NCBI GenBank assembly: GCA_964474735.1
Contig: CAYYTZ010000001.1
Location: 1-32,942, forward strand
From: an uncultured Gammaproteobacteria bacterium
Lineage (GTDB): Bacteria; Patescibacteriota; Patescibacteriia; UBA9570
Length of the DNA stretch: 32,942 bases
Direction: 5' to 3'
The translations under genes and the position numbers were made by a program. This document shows positions 7,993 through 17,727 of this stretch, piece by piece (position 1 is the stretch's first letter; the number at the start of each line of letters is the position of its first letter). The notes below the pieces were generated by a model. The model was not told the origin of the DNA, searched no databases, and saw only the letters and a program-made list of their open reading frames with translations.

Positions 7993-10443
7993 TTACACGC
8001 GAGCGACGCTAGCCACTTGATCGTTGGCTATTTTAAAGCGCATTAAGCGGACGCCTTGGGTAGCGCGACCAATAATTGGCACGCTCTTTAACGGTAGGCG
8101 AATCACTTGGCCTTGTTTTGACATAATTAACAAATCGCTTTCGCGTTGAGCTTCGGTGACAACAAATCCTAATACGATTTTTCCGGTTTTATCGGTAATT
8201 TTTGCGGTTTTGATACCGGAGCCGCCGCGACCTTGAATTTTATAGGCTTTCAAATCACTACGTTTACCGTAACCATTGCGCATGACTATGCATAGTTCGG
8301 TATTTTTAGTGGCGGATTGATTGACAATATCCATTCCAACCACAGCATCATTTGGATGCAACCTGATACCACGCACACCGGCAGCCGCTCGGCCCATTTC
8401 GCGAATTTTTTGTTCGGGGAAACGAATGGATTGTCCATTGCTGGTAACTAAAATAATGTTATCAGTACCGGTTGATGGTTTAACCCATTCCAGAGCATTT
8501 TTGCCTTTTAAAGTGATGGCAATTAAGCCACTGCGCCGGACATTAGCAAACGCATCTAACTTAGTTTTTTTGATTGTGCCATTGCTGGTAACCATCACTA
8601 AATATTTGGAACCGGAAGATTTCATATCGGCTAAACTCAAGGCCGAGGTAACTTTTTCTTCCGGACCTAATTGCAGGAAGTTAACCACGGCCTGACCTTT
8701 GGCCGTGCGGCTGGCCACCGGGACTTCGTAAGCTTTTAATTGGAACACCCGACCGCGTGATGTAAAGAATAAGACATCAGCGTGCGTATTAGTAGAGAAG
8801 AGTTGGTCAACAATATCTTCTTCTTTGGCCGTTAAACCGATAATGCCTTTGCCGCCCCGATTTTGTTGTTTAAAGGTGTCGGGGGTTAGGCGTTTAATAT
8901 ATCCATCACGCGTAATCATGATGATAGCGGCTTCCTTAGGAATGAGATCTTCTTGGGAGAAAGAGCCAATTGGTTGAGCAATTACTTCGGTACGGCGCTC
9001 ATCGCCAAATTTAGCTTTTAATTCAATAATTTCGTTTTTTACAACGGTCTGAATAGTCTTTTTAGTAGAAAGGATGGCTTTTAATTCCTTGATCAGTTTT
9101 TTCTTTTCTTTCAATTCTTCCTCTACTTGAACACGTTCCAAATTGGCTAATTGGTGCAGTTTCATTTCCAAAATAGCCAGGGTTTGTTTTTCTGAGAAAT
9201 GGAATTTTTTAATTAAATTTGTTTTGGCCTCATCTTTATTTTTTGAGGCTTTGATGGTTTTAATGATGGCATCAATTTTTTCTAAAGCCATTACCAAACC
9301 TTCTAAAATATGGGCGCGATCTTCGGCTTTTAGTAAATCAAATTGAGTACGTCTGGTTACTACAATTTCTCGATGTTTGATATATTCTTCCAGCAACATT
9401 TTTAAGGTCAGTACGCGCGGTTGTAAGCCATCAATCAGCGCTACCATGTTGTAATGGAAAGTCTCTTGCAGCTGAGTAAGTTTGTATAAACGGTTTAATA
9501 TCTTCTTAGGGTAGGCATCACGCTTCAATTCAATCACTACCCGAATTCCGGTGCGATCCGACTCATCGCGCAAGTCCCTGATACCCTCAAGTTTTTTTTC
9601 TTTCACCAAGAAGGCTATTTTTTCTACTAAGGTGGCTTTGTTCACCTGATAGGGCAGCTCGGTAATAATAATAACGTGTCCACGATCATTTTCTTCAATC
9701 GTGGCGCGACCACGCATTACTACACCGCCCCGACCAGTGCTGTAGGCACTTTTTAAAGCCTGAATATCGTAAACCATACCGGCGGTTGGGAAATCTGGAC
9801 CTTTAACATATTCCATTAAATCTTCCACATCAGCGTCTGGATGATCAATTAAATGGCAGGTGGCATCACATAATTCCGATAAATTATGTGGAGGAATACT
9901 AGTGGCCATACCAACAGCAATACCAACCGTGCCGTTTAACAATAAATTTGGCAATTTGGCCGGCAAAGTAGTTGGTTCATCATGTGTCCCATCATAGTTA
10001 GGTCGGAAATCAACGGTGTTTTTATCAATATCCAGCAACATTTCTTCCGCAATTTTTTGTAGTTTGGCTTCCGTATACCGCATAGCTGCTGCCGAGTCAC
10101 CATCAATCGAACCAAAGTTACCTTGACCATGCACCAATGGATAGCGTAATGAGAAGTCTTGAGCCAAACGCACCAAAGTATCATAAACGGCCGTATCACC
10201 ATGGGGATGATATTTACCTAACACTTCACCAACTACCGTAGCTGATTTACGATATTTAGCGCTGGCTCGTAAGCCAATAGTCCACATGGCATACAAAATC
10301 CGACGATGAACCGGTTTTAAACCATCACGAACATCTGGGAGAGCCCGCATAACAATTACGCTCATGGCGTAATTTAAATACGACTCTTCCATTTCTCGGT
10401 TAATTGGTTGATCGATAATTTTATCGCGCGGAGCTTCGGCCAT
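7993..10443 (-). CDS. gyrA: DNA gyrase subunit A
   Basis: [29 protein letters not shown] is present, with the catalytic region [10 protein letters not shown] and C-terminal beta-pinwheel repeats. Confidence 0.97.
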   Translation of the reverse strand: MAEAPRDKIIDQPINREMEESYLNYAMSVIVMRALPDVRDGLKPVHRRILYAMWTIGLRASAKYRKSATVVGEVLGKYHPHGDTAVYDTLVRLAQDFSLRYPLVHGQGNFGSIDGDSAAAMRYTEAKLQKIAEEMLLDIDKNTVDFRPNYDGTHDEPTTLPAKLPNLLLNGTVGIAVGMATSIPPHNLSELCDATCHLIDHPDADVEDLMEYVKGPDFPTAGMVYDIQALKSAYSTGRGGVVMRGRATIEENDRGHVIIITELPYQVNKATLVEKIAFLVKEKKLEGIRDLRDESDRTGIRVVIELKRDAYPKKILNRLYKLTQLQETFHYNMVALIDGLQPRVLTLKMLLEEYIKHREIVVTRRTQFDLLKAEDRAHILEGLVMALEKIDAIIKTIKASKNKDEAKTNLIKKFHFSEKQTLAILEMKLHQLANLERVQVEEELKEKKKLIKELKAILSTKKTIQTVVKNEIIELKAKFGDERRTEVIAQPIGSFSQEDLIPKEAAIIMITRDGYIKRLTPDTFKQQNRGGKGIIGLTAKEEDIVDQLFSTNTHADVLFFTSRGRVFQLKAYEVPVASRTAKGQAVVNFLQLGPEEKVTSALSLADMKSSGSKYLVMVTSNGTIKKTKLDAFANVRRSGLIAITLKGKNALEWVKPSTGTDNIILVTSNGQSIRFPEQKIREMGRAAAGVRGIRLHPNDAVVGMDIVNQSATKNTELCIVMRNGYGKRSDLKAYKIQGRGGSGIKTAKITDKTGKIVLGFVVTEAQRESDLLIMSKQGQVIRLPLKSVPIIGRATQGVRLMRFKIANDQVASVARV

Positions 10444-10445
10444 GG

Positions 10446-11096
10446 TTATTGTAAATCAGAAAATAAATTATTAAGTTCATTATTAGTATCAGCGGGCGTG
10501 GTAACATTTGTATTCATATTAGCGTTTTGCTGGTCGGCTTGGCTAGCGATATTTGATATGGCGCCCATATTATCTTGCAGTTCCGAATAGTTTTGCTGGA
10601 GGTCGTTGACTAATGCATCAACCTGAGTGTTTTTTATACTTTCTGAAAAGGTGTTGGGTAACTGCTTAAAGTTACGTTGAGCGAGATAGAGCCAAAATAC
10701 AACGATGATAACTGTACAGGCCAATACGGCTAGCCAAAGTTGTAATCGACTCTGCCGTGGCGGCAATTCTTTATAAGCGACCGGCGACTCTGCCGCGGAA
10801 TAGGTAGATGCGTTTGGCAGATTGCCGGCGGCTGTAGGCATACCACTGGGGATAGCCGAAGCACTCATCGAAATTGGTGCTACTACCGGCAATGGGGTTG
10901 GCAACAGCGCGGACGAAACTGCAAATGAAGACGACGCCTTAATTGTTGCAGCAGCTTTAGTTTTTTTTACAGAACGTTTTTTACGAGCCGGAATTTTCTT
11001 TTTTCGGCTGACTATTTTCAGTTTCTTTTTTTTTGCCGTTGTTCGGTTTTTTTGAACCGACGTAATTTTTTTTATTTGCGTTTTGGCTTTTGGCAT
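10446..11096 (-). CDS. Hypothetical single-pass membrane protein with a Lys/Arg-rich N-terminus
   Basis: The ORF lies 2 nt upstream of gyrA. It has a basic N-terminal 55 aa, one TM helix ([20 protein letters not shown]) and an Asn/Gln-rich C-terminus. I recognise no family. Confidence 0.55.
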   Translation of the reverse strand: MPKAKTQIKKITSVQKNRTTAKKKKLKIVSRKKKIPARKKRSVKKTKAAATIKASSSFAVSSALLPTPLPVVAPISMSASAIPSGMPTAAGNLPNASTYSAAESPVAYKELPPRQSRLQLWLAVLACTVIIVVFWLYLAQRNFKQLPNTFSESIKNTQVDALVNDLQQNYSELQDNMGAISNIASQADQQNANMNTNVTTPADTNNELNNLFSDLQ

Positions 11097-11123
11097 AATT
11101 TCTACCGCATTTCTTTCACGTAG

Positions 11124-11729
11124 TTAGGCTAGACTGGATTGTAAGACAATAACCGTAGTTTCTTCTTGAGGTAGATCTTTTTTCTTAATGCTATATTTTT
11201 CTTGCGGCTCAACTGATTTCACACCAAATTCTTTCAAAAACACATCCAGCGACTCAAGTTCAAGTTTAACCTTAGCTTGTTTATAGAGGTACGGAATCAC
11301 AATGCGCGGTTCAACCTGACTAATTAAGGTGGTGCGTTGTTCTTTTGATAATGTGCCAATCGGTACAAGTAAAATATCAACGCCTTCAATCGTTTCTAAT
11401 TGGTCATTGGTTAAACCGGTATCTAATGGCCCAAGAAAAGCTAAGCTCATGCCCTCGTCTTCAATGGTGAAGATGGTATTTGGAGCGGCTACACCATAAA
11501 CGAAACTTTGTTTGATTTCGTATTCGCCGGGTGTATCAATCAACATAAAATCACCGCTTAACCGTTTGGTGTTGTTGGCAATTTTATTTGTTTTGCTGGA
11601 AACCAAAACAATATCAGCCTTAAGTTTTGGCATAGTAACGCCAAGACTGTCGTCGAATGGATCGGTAATAATTACGCTGTTTTTAGTCTCAATGCGAAAG
11701 CTGCTGAGACCGGTCCATTGAATTTGCAT
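11124..11729 (-). CDS. Metallo-beta-lactamase-fold protein (COG2220/UPF0173-like) lacking the metal-binding histidines
   Basis: The strand pattern follows UPF0173: WTGLSSFRIET..VIITDPF...ADIVLVSS...TPGEYEI...VDILLVPIG...PRIVIPYLY. The His motifs are replaced. Confidence 0.65.
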   Translation of the reverse strand: MQIQWTGLSSFRIETKNSVIITDPFDDSLGVTMPKLKADIVLVSSKTNKIANNTKRLSGDFMLIDTPGEYEIKQSFVYGVAAPNTIFTIEDEGMSLAFLGPLDTGLTNDQLETIEGVDILLVPIGTLSKEQRTTLISQVEPRIVIPYLYKQAKVKLELESLDVFLKEFGVKSVEPQEKYSIKKKDLPQEETTVIVLQSSLA

Positions 11730-11738
11730 AGTAGACGT

Positions 11739-11767
11739 ACTATATCATCAATCGATCGCCATATCAA
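11739..11767 (-). promoter_or_regulatory. Promoter for the operon of the MBL-fold gene, the hypothetical gene and gyrA (near-leaderless)
   Basis: On the - strand, TTGATA (11767..11762) is followed by a 17-nt spacer and TATAGT (11744..11739). The ATG at 11729 follows 9 nt later. The -35 lies inside the 3' end of the upstream ORF. Confidence 0.55.
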
Positions 11768-12326
11768 TGAGGTCGTCTTCGGTCTTGGTTGGTGCAGCCG
11801 CGCCATTTGGCGTGGTTGATTTAAGCGGAGGGCTGTTGGGGTTAAGTTTGAGATTGGTGTGACCAAACGAACTTCCAACAAAATCATTTGTTACAGTTGC
11901 ACTGGTTTGATGTGTTTCCATTTGGCCGTTGGATAATTGCACGGCCCGAATCGGTTTTTTTATCACAACACCAGATTTGGCGGATGCTTTAGCTGTTTCA
12001 GCGGCTTTTTCTGCCGCATTTTCTTTAGTGCGTTCATCCACATTTTGTTTTTTGATCATTTCTTGACGGCGTTCTTCTTTAGCGAAACCTTTTTTTACAT
12101 AGGTAGTGGCATCGCTGGTGACTTTTCGCGCCAAACCCTCTTCTTTTAAACCGCGCATGATCTGGGTGGCTTTTTGTTTGGTAATATTTGCACCTTTCTT
12201 TAAGAAGCGATTGTTATCTGTGGCTTGCAGGTGTTTTTGGACCGAGGTCGATAAATACCCCTTGGTTCCACTGGCCTGCATTACCATTTTACGAAAGGTA
12301 TTACCGGTAATTTTGTTTAATGGCAT
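11748..12326 (-). CDS. Hypothetical protein (charged, Lys/Glu-rich centre)
   Basis: The ORF has its own promoter and coding-like composition. I recognise no family. Confidence 0.5.
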   Translation of the reverse strand: MPLNKITGNTFRKMVMQASGTKGYLSTSVQKHLQATDNNRFLKKGANITKQKATQIMRGLKEEGLARKVTSDATTYVKKGFAKEERRQEMIKKQNVDERTKENAAEKAAETAKASAKSGVVIKKPIRAVQLSNGQMETHQTSATVTNDFVGSSFGHTNLKLNPNSPPLKSTTPNGAAAPTKTEDDLIDMAID

Positions 12327-12332
12327 GTCTGT

Positions 12333-12360
12333 AGTATACCTTAAGCCCGGCCCTTGCCAA
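12333..12360 (-). promoter_or_regulatory. Promoter for ORF 11748..12326 (leaderless)
   Basis: On the - strand, TTGGCA (12360..12355) is followed by a 16-nt spacer and TATACT (12338..12333). The ATG at 12326 follows 6 nt later. Confidence 0.5.
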
Positions 12361-12382
12361 GATTCTAGTTGCCCAGTATAAT
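12354..12382 (+). promoter_or_regulatory. rpsA promoter
   Basis: TTGCCA (12354-12359) is followed by a 17-nt spacer and TATAAT (12377-12382). This predicts an SD-less leader of about 60 nt to the ATG at 12450. Confidence 0.6.
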
Positions 12383-12449
12383 CGTATAGCTCTATTTAAG
12401 TATTAACTATCTTGGCCTTGGTCAGGCTGAGTACATTAACTAGTAATAT

Positions 12450-13691
12450 ATGGCCAAATCTATTTCTTCGGCTCCAGCTAGCCTCATGGGGCAGCTGCTT
12501 GAGCAACATAACAATATTGCCTTACCAAACGTTAACGATACCGTTGACGGTATTGTCATTAGTACGGCAAAAAATGAGGTGTGCGTTGATATCAATGGTT
12601 TAACTGTTGGTGTAGTACGCGGGCCAGAGTTATTTGATGAATCTGGCGATTTTTCCAGTTTAAAAATCGGCGATAAAGTTACCACAACTGTTTTAGAGTT
12701 AGAAAATGAAAACGGACAACTTGAGTTATCGTTCCGTCAGGCTGGTCACAAAAAAGCTTGGGATAAATTGAAAGTCTTTCGAGAAAGTCATGAAGTGGTG
12801 GAAGCAAACATTGTTGATGCTAATAAGGGTGGTTTAATTATCCGAGTGGGACGAGTTTCTGGTTTCTTGCCGGTGTCTCAACTTTCGGTAGAACATTATC
12901 CGCGCGTAGAGGGTGGCAACAAAGCAAAAATTTTGGAACGCTTACAAGGATATATTACTCAGAACTTTAAGGTGAAAGTAATTGACGTTGATGAAGTGGA
13001 AGAGAAGTTGATTGTGTCAGAAAAAATGGCTAAGGCGGAACAACAGCAAGAAAAAATTTCTCAATACAAAGTCGGCGATAAAGTATCCGGAAAAATTACC
13101 GGCGTGGTAGATTTTGGCGCTTTTGTAGAATTTGGTGAGAATTTAGAAGGCTTGGTTCATATTTCTGAAATTGCTTGGCAACGAATTGATGATCCAAAAG
13201 ATTATGTCAAGGTCGGTGATGAAGTGAATGCCGAAATTATCAGTATCGATAATGGTAAAATTTCTTTGAGCATTCGTAATCTTATTAAAGACCCATGGGT
13301 AAATGTAGCTGAACGATACAAAATCAACGATACCGTAAAGGGTTTGGTTTTGAAACTCAATCCGTTTGGCGCCTTCGTAGAATTGGATCGCGATATTCAT
13401 GGCTTAGCGCACATTTCTGAATTATCGTATCGCAAGTTATCATCTCCATCAGAAATTCTTAAAATTGGTGATGTTTATGACTTCAAAGTAATCTCAATTG
13501 AGCCGGGCAAACATCGATTAGGATTATCATATAAATCTTTGCATGAGCAAAAGCCAGCCGAAACTAAACCGGCGGAATCGGCTGAGAAAAAAGCCGAGAC
13601 AGCACCAGCGGAACCAGCAGCATCAGCAGTTGAAGCAGCACCAGCCGAAGTGAAAGAAGTGCCAGTTGAAGCTAACGCTCCACAAGCGTAA
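12450..13691 (+). CDS. rpsA: 30S ribosomal protein S1 (four S1 domains plus an Ala/Pro/Glu tail)
   Basis: S1/OB motifs repeat (G.V..V..FGAFVE...GLVHISE). Confidence 0.9.
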   Translation: MAKSISSAPASLMGQLLEQHNNIALPNVNDTVDGIVISTAKNEVCVDINGLTVGVVRGPELFDESGDFSSLKIGDKVTTTVLELENENGQLELSFRQAGHKKAWDKLKVFRESHEVVEANIVDANKGGLIIRVGRVSGFLPVSQLSVEHYPRVEGGNKAKILERLQGYITQNFKVKVIDVDEVEEKLIVSEKMAKAEQQQEKISQYKVGDKVSGKITGVVDFGAFVEFGENLEGLVHISEIAWQRIDDPKDYVKVGDEVNAEIISIDNGKISLSIRNLIKDPWVNVAERYKINDTVKGLVLKLNPFGAFVELDRDIHGLAHISELSYRKLSSPSEILKIGDVYDFKVISIEPGKHRLGLSYKSLHEQKPAETKPAESAEKKAETAPAEPAASAVEAAPAEVKEVPVEANAPQA

Positions 13692-13700
13692 TATATAAGT

Positions 13701-15548
13701 ATGGCAACATCAACGCGACCGCAACGCGGCCCACAAATTTTCCGTCAAACTATCATTGTAATTCTAATTGTAGTGGCAATTGGTGCAGTGTTCAGTTTTC
13801 TTAATACACCCACCAAAGCGCCGGAAGAAGTTACACTAAGCACATTAGTTGAAAAGATTAAGGCCAATCAGGTTAAGGAAATTGAAGTAAAAGGCGAGCA
13901 AGCCATAGTGGTAACGTTGGCCGACGGCTCTGTGTTATCCACGCGCAAGGAAGCGGCGCAACCATTAACCGATTTATTAACGCAGTCTGGCGTTCCAGCC
14001 AAACAAATTAGCGAATTGAATATTTCTGTTAGCAGCAATACCGGTTTTATGTATTGGTTGTCCTTACTCTCGCCTGGTTTGATTAGCATCTTGGTGATAG
14101 GAGTTATTTTGTGGTTTATGTTCCGGCAAGTTCAAGGTGTAAATAATCGGGCGATGATGTTTGGCAAAGTCAGTAATCCAGAGCAAGAAAATAAAAAGAA
14201 GAATCGCGTAATGTTTAAAGATGTTGCTGGCGGATCGGAAGCCAAAGAAGAGTTGACTGAGGTAGTGGATTTTTTAAAGCATCCACAAAAATATACCGAA
14301 CTCGGAGCTAAAGTCCCTAAAGGCGTATTGTTAGTTGGCCCACCCGGTACCGGAAAAACTTTATTGGCCCGCGCTGTAGCTGGTGAAGCCAATGTACCGT
14401 TCTATCACATTTCTGGTTCGGAGTTCGTAGAAATGTTTGTGGGGGTTGGGGCTTCGCGGGTACGAGATTTATTCAAGAAAGCCAAACAAACAGCCCCGTC
14501 GATTGTGTTTGTGGATGAAATTGATGCGGTTGGTCGACAACGCGGTACTGGTTTAGGCGGTTCGCATGATGAGCGGGAACAAACCCTCAATCAAATATTG
14601 GTAGAAATGGACGGTTTTGATAATGACACCAAAGTTATTATTATTGCCGCAACCAATCGTCCGGACGTTTTAGATCCGGCATTATTACGACCAGGTCGAT
14701 TTGACCGGCATGTGACATTGGATTTACCAGATATTAAAGATCGCATGGCTATTTTAGAAGTGCATGCCAAAGGCAAACCACTAGAACCGGATGTTAAACT
14801 GGAAGTGATTGGTCAGCGCACACCTGGTTTCTCCGGTGCGGACTTAGCCAATGTGTTGAATGAAGCGGCAATATTTGCGGCTCGACAAAATAAAAAAACT
14901 ATTTCCATGTTAGATTGTATATCATCGATCGAAAAAGTAATGCTGGGGCCCGAACGAAAATCTTCGGTCATGGACGAACAAGAAAAGAAAATCACCGCTT
15001 ATCATGAAGCTGGCCATGCAATTGTGGCGCACTTTTCTAAAGCCGCTGATCCGGTGCACAAGATTTCGATAATTTCTCGTGGTCGGGCTGGTGGGTATAC
15101 CTTAAAATTGCCGGAGCGCGATAAACATTTACATAGTCAAGCCGAATTTATGGCTGACTTGGCAGTGATGTTGGGCGGACGTGTAGCGGAAGAAGAATTT
15201 TTTAAAGAAATTACATCTGGTGCCAGTAGTGATTTAGAGAAAGCTACTCATCTTGCCAGAAGGTTAGTGACGCAGTATGGTATGAGTAAGGAACTTGGTC
15301 CGCGCACTTTTGGACATCGTGAAGAAACTGTGTTTTTAGGCCGAGAAATAGCAGAAAGACGTGATTATTCTGAGGATACAGCCAAACAAATCGATGCGGC
15401 GGTTTCGGTATTTATTACCCAAGCTTACGATGAAGCGCGTAAGTTGATCAAGGGGAATACTAATAAAATTGAAGTCGTGGTGAAAGTGTTGATTGAAAAA
15501 GAAACCATCGAGCGTGAAGAGTTTGAAGCGCTCATGACTCAAAACTAA
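13701..15548 (+). CDS. ftsH: ATP-dependent zinc metalloprotease FtsH
   Basis: Two N-terminal TM helices are followed by the AAA Walker [12 protein letters not shown], Walker B IVFVDEID, the SRH and the HEAGH zinc motif. Confidence 0.97.
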   Translation: MATSTRPQRGPQIFRQTIIVILIVVAIGAVFSFLNTPTKAPEEVTLSTLVEKIKANQVKEIEVKGEQAIVVTLADGSVLSTRKEAAQPLTDLLTQSGVPAKQISELNISVSSNTGFMYWLSLLSPGLISILVIGVILWFMFRQVQGVNNRAMMFGKVSNPEQENKKKNRVMFKDVAGGSEAKEELTEVVDFLKHPQKYTELGAKVPKGVLLVGPPGTGKTLLARAVAGEANVPFYHISGSEFVEMFVGVGASRVRDLFKKAKQTAPSIVFVDEIDAVGRQRGTGLGGSHDEREQTLNQILVEMDGFDNDTKVIIIAATNRPDVLDPALLRPGRFDRHVTLDLPDIKDRMAILEVHAKGKPLEPDVKLEVIGQRTPGFSGADLANVLNEAAIFAARQNKKTISMLDCISSIEKVMLGPERKSSVMDEQEKKITAYHEAGHAIVAHFSKAADPVHKISIISRGRAGGYTLKLPERDKHLHSQAEFMADLAVMLGGRVAEEEFFKEITSGASSDLEKATHLARRLVTQYGMSKELGPRTFGHREETVFLGREIAERRDYSEDTAKQIDAAVSVFITQAYDEARKLIKGNTNKIEVVVKVLIEKETIEREEFEALMTQN

Positions 15549-15580
15549 AATCTTCTAAAAAAGTATCATCGCCAAAGTAT

Positions 15581-16546
15581 ATGAAGCTCTATAAAGACAT
15601 TCTAGTAACGGCCTGGCAAAAAACTATTCATCAGCCGTCGTTGTGGATTTTTGGTTTGTTTGCCGCATTTATTTTTGGTAATGCTGGTGAGCTCGATCGG
15701 TATCTGCGCTTTATGAACGGTATCGTCAGTGAAGGTAGCGTGATTAATCCACGGTTTTGGTTAGATCATCGCTGGGCGCAGTTTGTGGCCAGTGCATCGG
15801 AAAAAATTATTACTGGGGATATGACGGTAATCTTGTTAATGGTTGGATTGGCTGCTACTTTTATTTGGATCTTGATTATGATGAGTATTTCGGCCGGCGC
15901 ACTTATCAAGGCGGCCACATTACCAAATGTACGTTTTGTTGATGCGTTTGCCGCCGGAGCAAAACATTGGGTGGCACTATTAGTATTATTCGCTTCCGGA
16001 TATGGTGTGGTTATTTTAACTACTGTGATAATTGGTGGATTAATCTCTAAACTTAACGTTTCGGCTGAAACAGTCCAGCAAACTTTCATTTTGGTGGGTA
16101 GTATTTTATTTGTGCCATTGGTGATTGTAATTTCATTTTTAATTCGGTTTACCGCCCAAGGTATTGTGTTGAAAAATTTGCATATTTGGCCGGCAGTTTG
16201 TAACGCCGCAAAAATGTTAAAACAAGCATGGTTGGTTACCTTAGAGATGGCGATTGTTAATTTTTCAGTTGTCTTCATAATCAATTTATTTCTGTTGGTA
16301 GCCGTTGGATTATTATTTGCTCCGCAGTTTGCTACGGCATTGGGTTTGGAAACCGCCACGTCATTAGATCGGTTTTATTCAGTAGTTGTGGTGAGTGGTT
16401 TAGTATATGCTGTGTTGGTTGTTTTCGTTGGAGCAATTCTTTCCACTTGGCAATGGATAGCTTGGACATTATTGTTTGAACGGCTTCAAACTGAACAGCC
16501 AGCTAGCACATTGTTACGTTGGTTGCATTATCGCCGCAGTAAGTAA
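15581..16546 (+). CDS. Polytopic membrane protein of unknown function
   Basis: The 321-aa ORF has at least 6 hydrophobic helices and is co-oriented with rpsA and ftsH. Confidence 0.6.
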   Translation: MKLYKDILVTAWQKTIHQPSLWIFGLFAAFIFGNAGELDRYLRFMNGIVSEGSVINPRFWLDHRWAQFVASASEKIITGDMTVILLMVGLAATFIWILIMMSISAGALIKAATLPNVRFVDAFAAGAKHWVALLVLFASGYGVVILTTVIIGGLISKLNVSAETVQQTFILVGSILFVPLVIVISFLIRFTAQGIVLKNLHIWPAVCNAAKMLKQAWLVTLEMAIVNFSVVFIINLFLLVAVGLLFAPQFATALGLETATSLDRFYSVVVVSGLVYAVLVVFVGAILSTWQWIAWTLLFERLQTEQPASTLLRWLHYRRSK

Positions 16547-16551
16547 TGTAA

Positions 16552-16624
16552 GCTCCTATAGCTCAGCGGTCAGAGCACAGCCCTTATAAGGCTGGGGTCG
16601 ATGGTTCAAATCCATCTGGGAGCA
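16552..16624 (+). tRNA. tRNA-Ile, anticodon TAT (UAU); no encoded CCA
   Basis: The cloverleaf reads GCTCCTA/TA/GCTC-AGCGGTCA-GAGC/A/CAGCC-CTTATAA-GGCTG/GGGTC/GATGG-TTCAAAT-CCATC/TGGGAGC/A. Confidence 0.85.
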
Positions 16625-16652
16625 CCGGTTCTTTTGCACTTTTGCAAGTTTA

Positions 16653-16726
16653 GGGCATATAGCTCAGTTGGTTAGAGCGCCACCTCGACACGGTGGAGGT
16701 CTCAGGTTCGAATCCCGATGTGCCCA
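16653..16726 (+). tRNA. tRNA-Val, anticodon GAC; no encoded CCA; C at position 33
   Basis: The cloverleaf reads GGGCATA/TA/GCTC-AGTTGGTTA-GAGC/G/CCACC-TCGACAC-GGTGG/AGGTC/TCAGG-TTCGAAT-CCCGA/TGTGCCC/A. The T stem has one A-C mismatch. Confidence 0.8.
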
Positions 16727-16741
16727 CAATTATACATATTC

Positions 16742-16770
16742 TTGTGGATTGAGCAGTTTTCCACTACACT
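16742..16770 (+). promoter_or_regulatory. Promoter for the DUF475 gene (near-leaderless)
   Basis: TTGTGG (16742-47) is followed by a 17-nt spacer and TACACT (16765-70). The ATG at 16780 follows 9 nt later. Confidence 0.4.
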
Positions 16771-16779
16771 ATTTTTTAT

Positions 16780-17727
16780 ATGAACATAGTCGCTATTTTA
16801 CTCACTATTGCCGGGCTGGTCCTGTTTGAGGTGATCAGTAGTATTGATAACGCCATTATTAACGCCGAAGTGCTTTCGACCATGGGTAAAAAAGCTCGCC
16901 GCTGGTTTTTAGTCTATGGATTGTTTATTGCGGTTTTTATGATTAGAGGTTTATTACCATTTTTGATTGTCTGGTTTGTTAACCCAGGCCTAGGCCCTTG
17001 GCAGGCGGTTATGGCTACTTTTAGTAGTGACCCTAAAGTAGTTGAAGCGGTAGAATTATCGGCGCCAATTTTGTTAATTGGTGGCGGAACGTTTCTGATT
17101 TTTTTGTTTTTTCATTGGTTATTTTTGGAAACGAAACATTATGGTTTAATTGGCGAAAAGTTTATTTACTCGCAGGGAATTTGGTTTTATGCAGTGGTTT
17201 CAATATTATTAGCTGCGATTGTATATTTATCTATCAAAGTAAACCCTTCCATGGCATTTGGCGCTGTGGTTGGCTCAACGGCTTTTTTCATTACCCATGG
17301 CTTCAAACAAAATGCTGAGCAAAGTGAACAAAAATTGTTGCAAAAAGGTAATATGTCAGACATCAGTAAAATTCTTTATTTGGAAATCATTGATGCAACT
17401 TTTTCAATTGACGGTGTGTTGGGGGCTTTTGCCTTTACATTATCCGTGCCATTAATTTTGGTTGGTAATGGGATTGGCGCATTTGTGGTGCGAGAATTTA
17501 CCATTGGTAATATTGAGCGCATTAAACAGTACAAGTATTTAAAAAATGGCGCTATGTATTCGATTCTCTGTTTGGGTACTGTGATGTTACTGGATAGTTT
17601 TGGTGTACATATACCAAGTTGGGTATCACCAGTCCTCACCTTCATTATTGTTGGTTACTTTTTTTTCAAGTCTCGCGCTCAGGTAGAGCCACCGCTCGGC
17701 GTAACCGGATCATCATCACAGCAGTAA
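16780..17727 (+). CDS. DUF475/TerC-family integral membrane protein
   Basis: The N-terminus FEVISSIDNAIINAEVL and the repeated TM architecture are typical of DUF475/TerC-like proteins. Confidence 0.75.
   Translation: MNIVAILLTIAGLVLFEVISSIDNAIINAEVLSTMGKKARRWFLVYGLFIAVFMIRGLLPFLIVWFVNPGLGPWQAVMATFSSDPKVVEAVELSAPILLIGGGTFLIFLFFHWLFLETKHYGLIGEKFIYSQGIWFYAVVSILLAAIVYLSIKVNPSMAFGAVVGSTAFFITHGFKQNAEQSEQKLLQKGNMSDISKILYLEIIDATFSIDGVLGAFAFTLSVPLILVGNGIGAFVVREFTIGNIERIKQYKYLKNGAMYSILCLGTVMLLDSFGVHIPSWVSPVLTFIIVGYFFFKSRAQVEPPLGVTGSSSQQ

Noticed and set aside
8321-10202. ORFs 8321..8695, 9143..9346 and 9936..10202 inside gyrA
   Set aside because: They are overlapping frames or antisense to gyrA, which is unambiguous.
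15766-16359. A 197-aa ORF on the - strand inside the membrane-protein gene 15581..16546
   Set aside because: It is entirely antisense to a longer ORF with clear TM-helix periodicity that continues the rpsA-ftsH operon. Its own sequence is low-complexity (Asn/Ala/Thr/Ile) and it has no promoter or start context.
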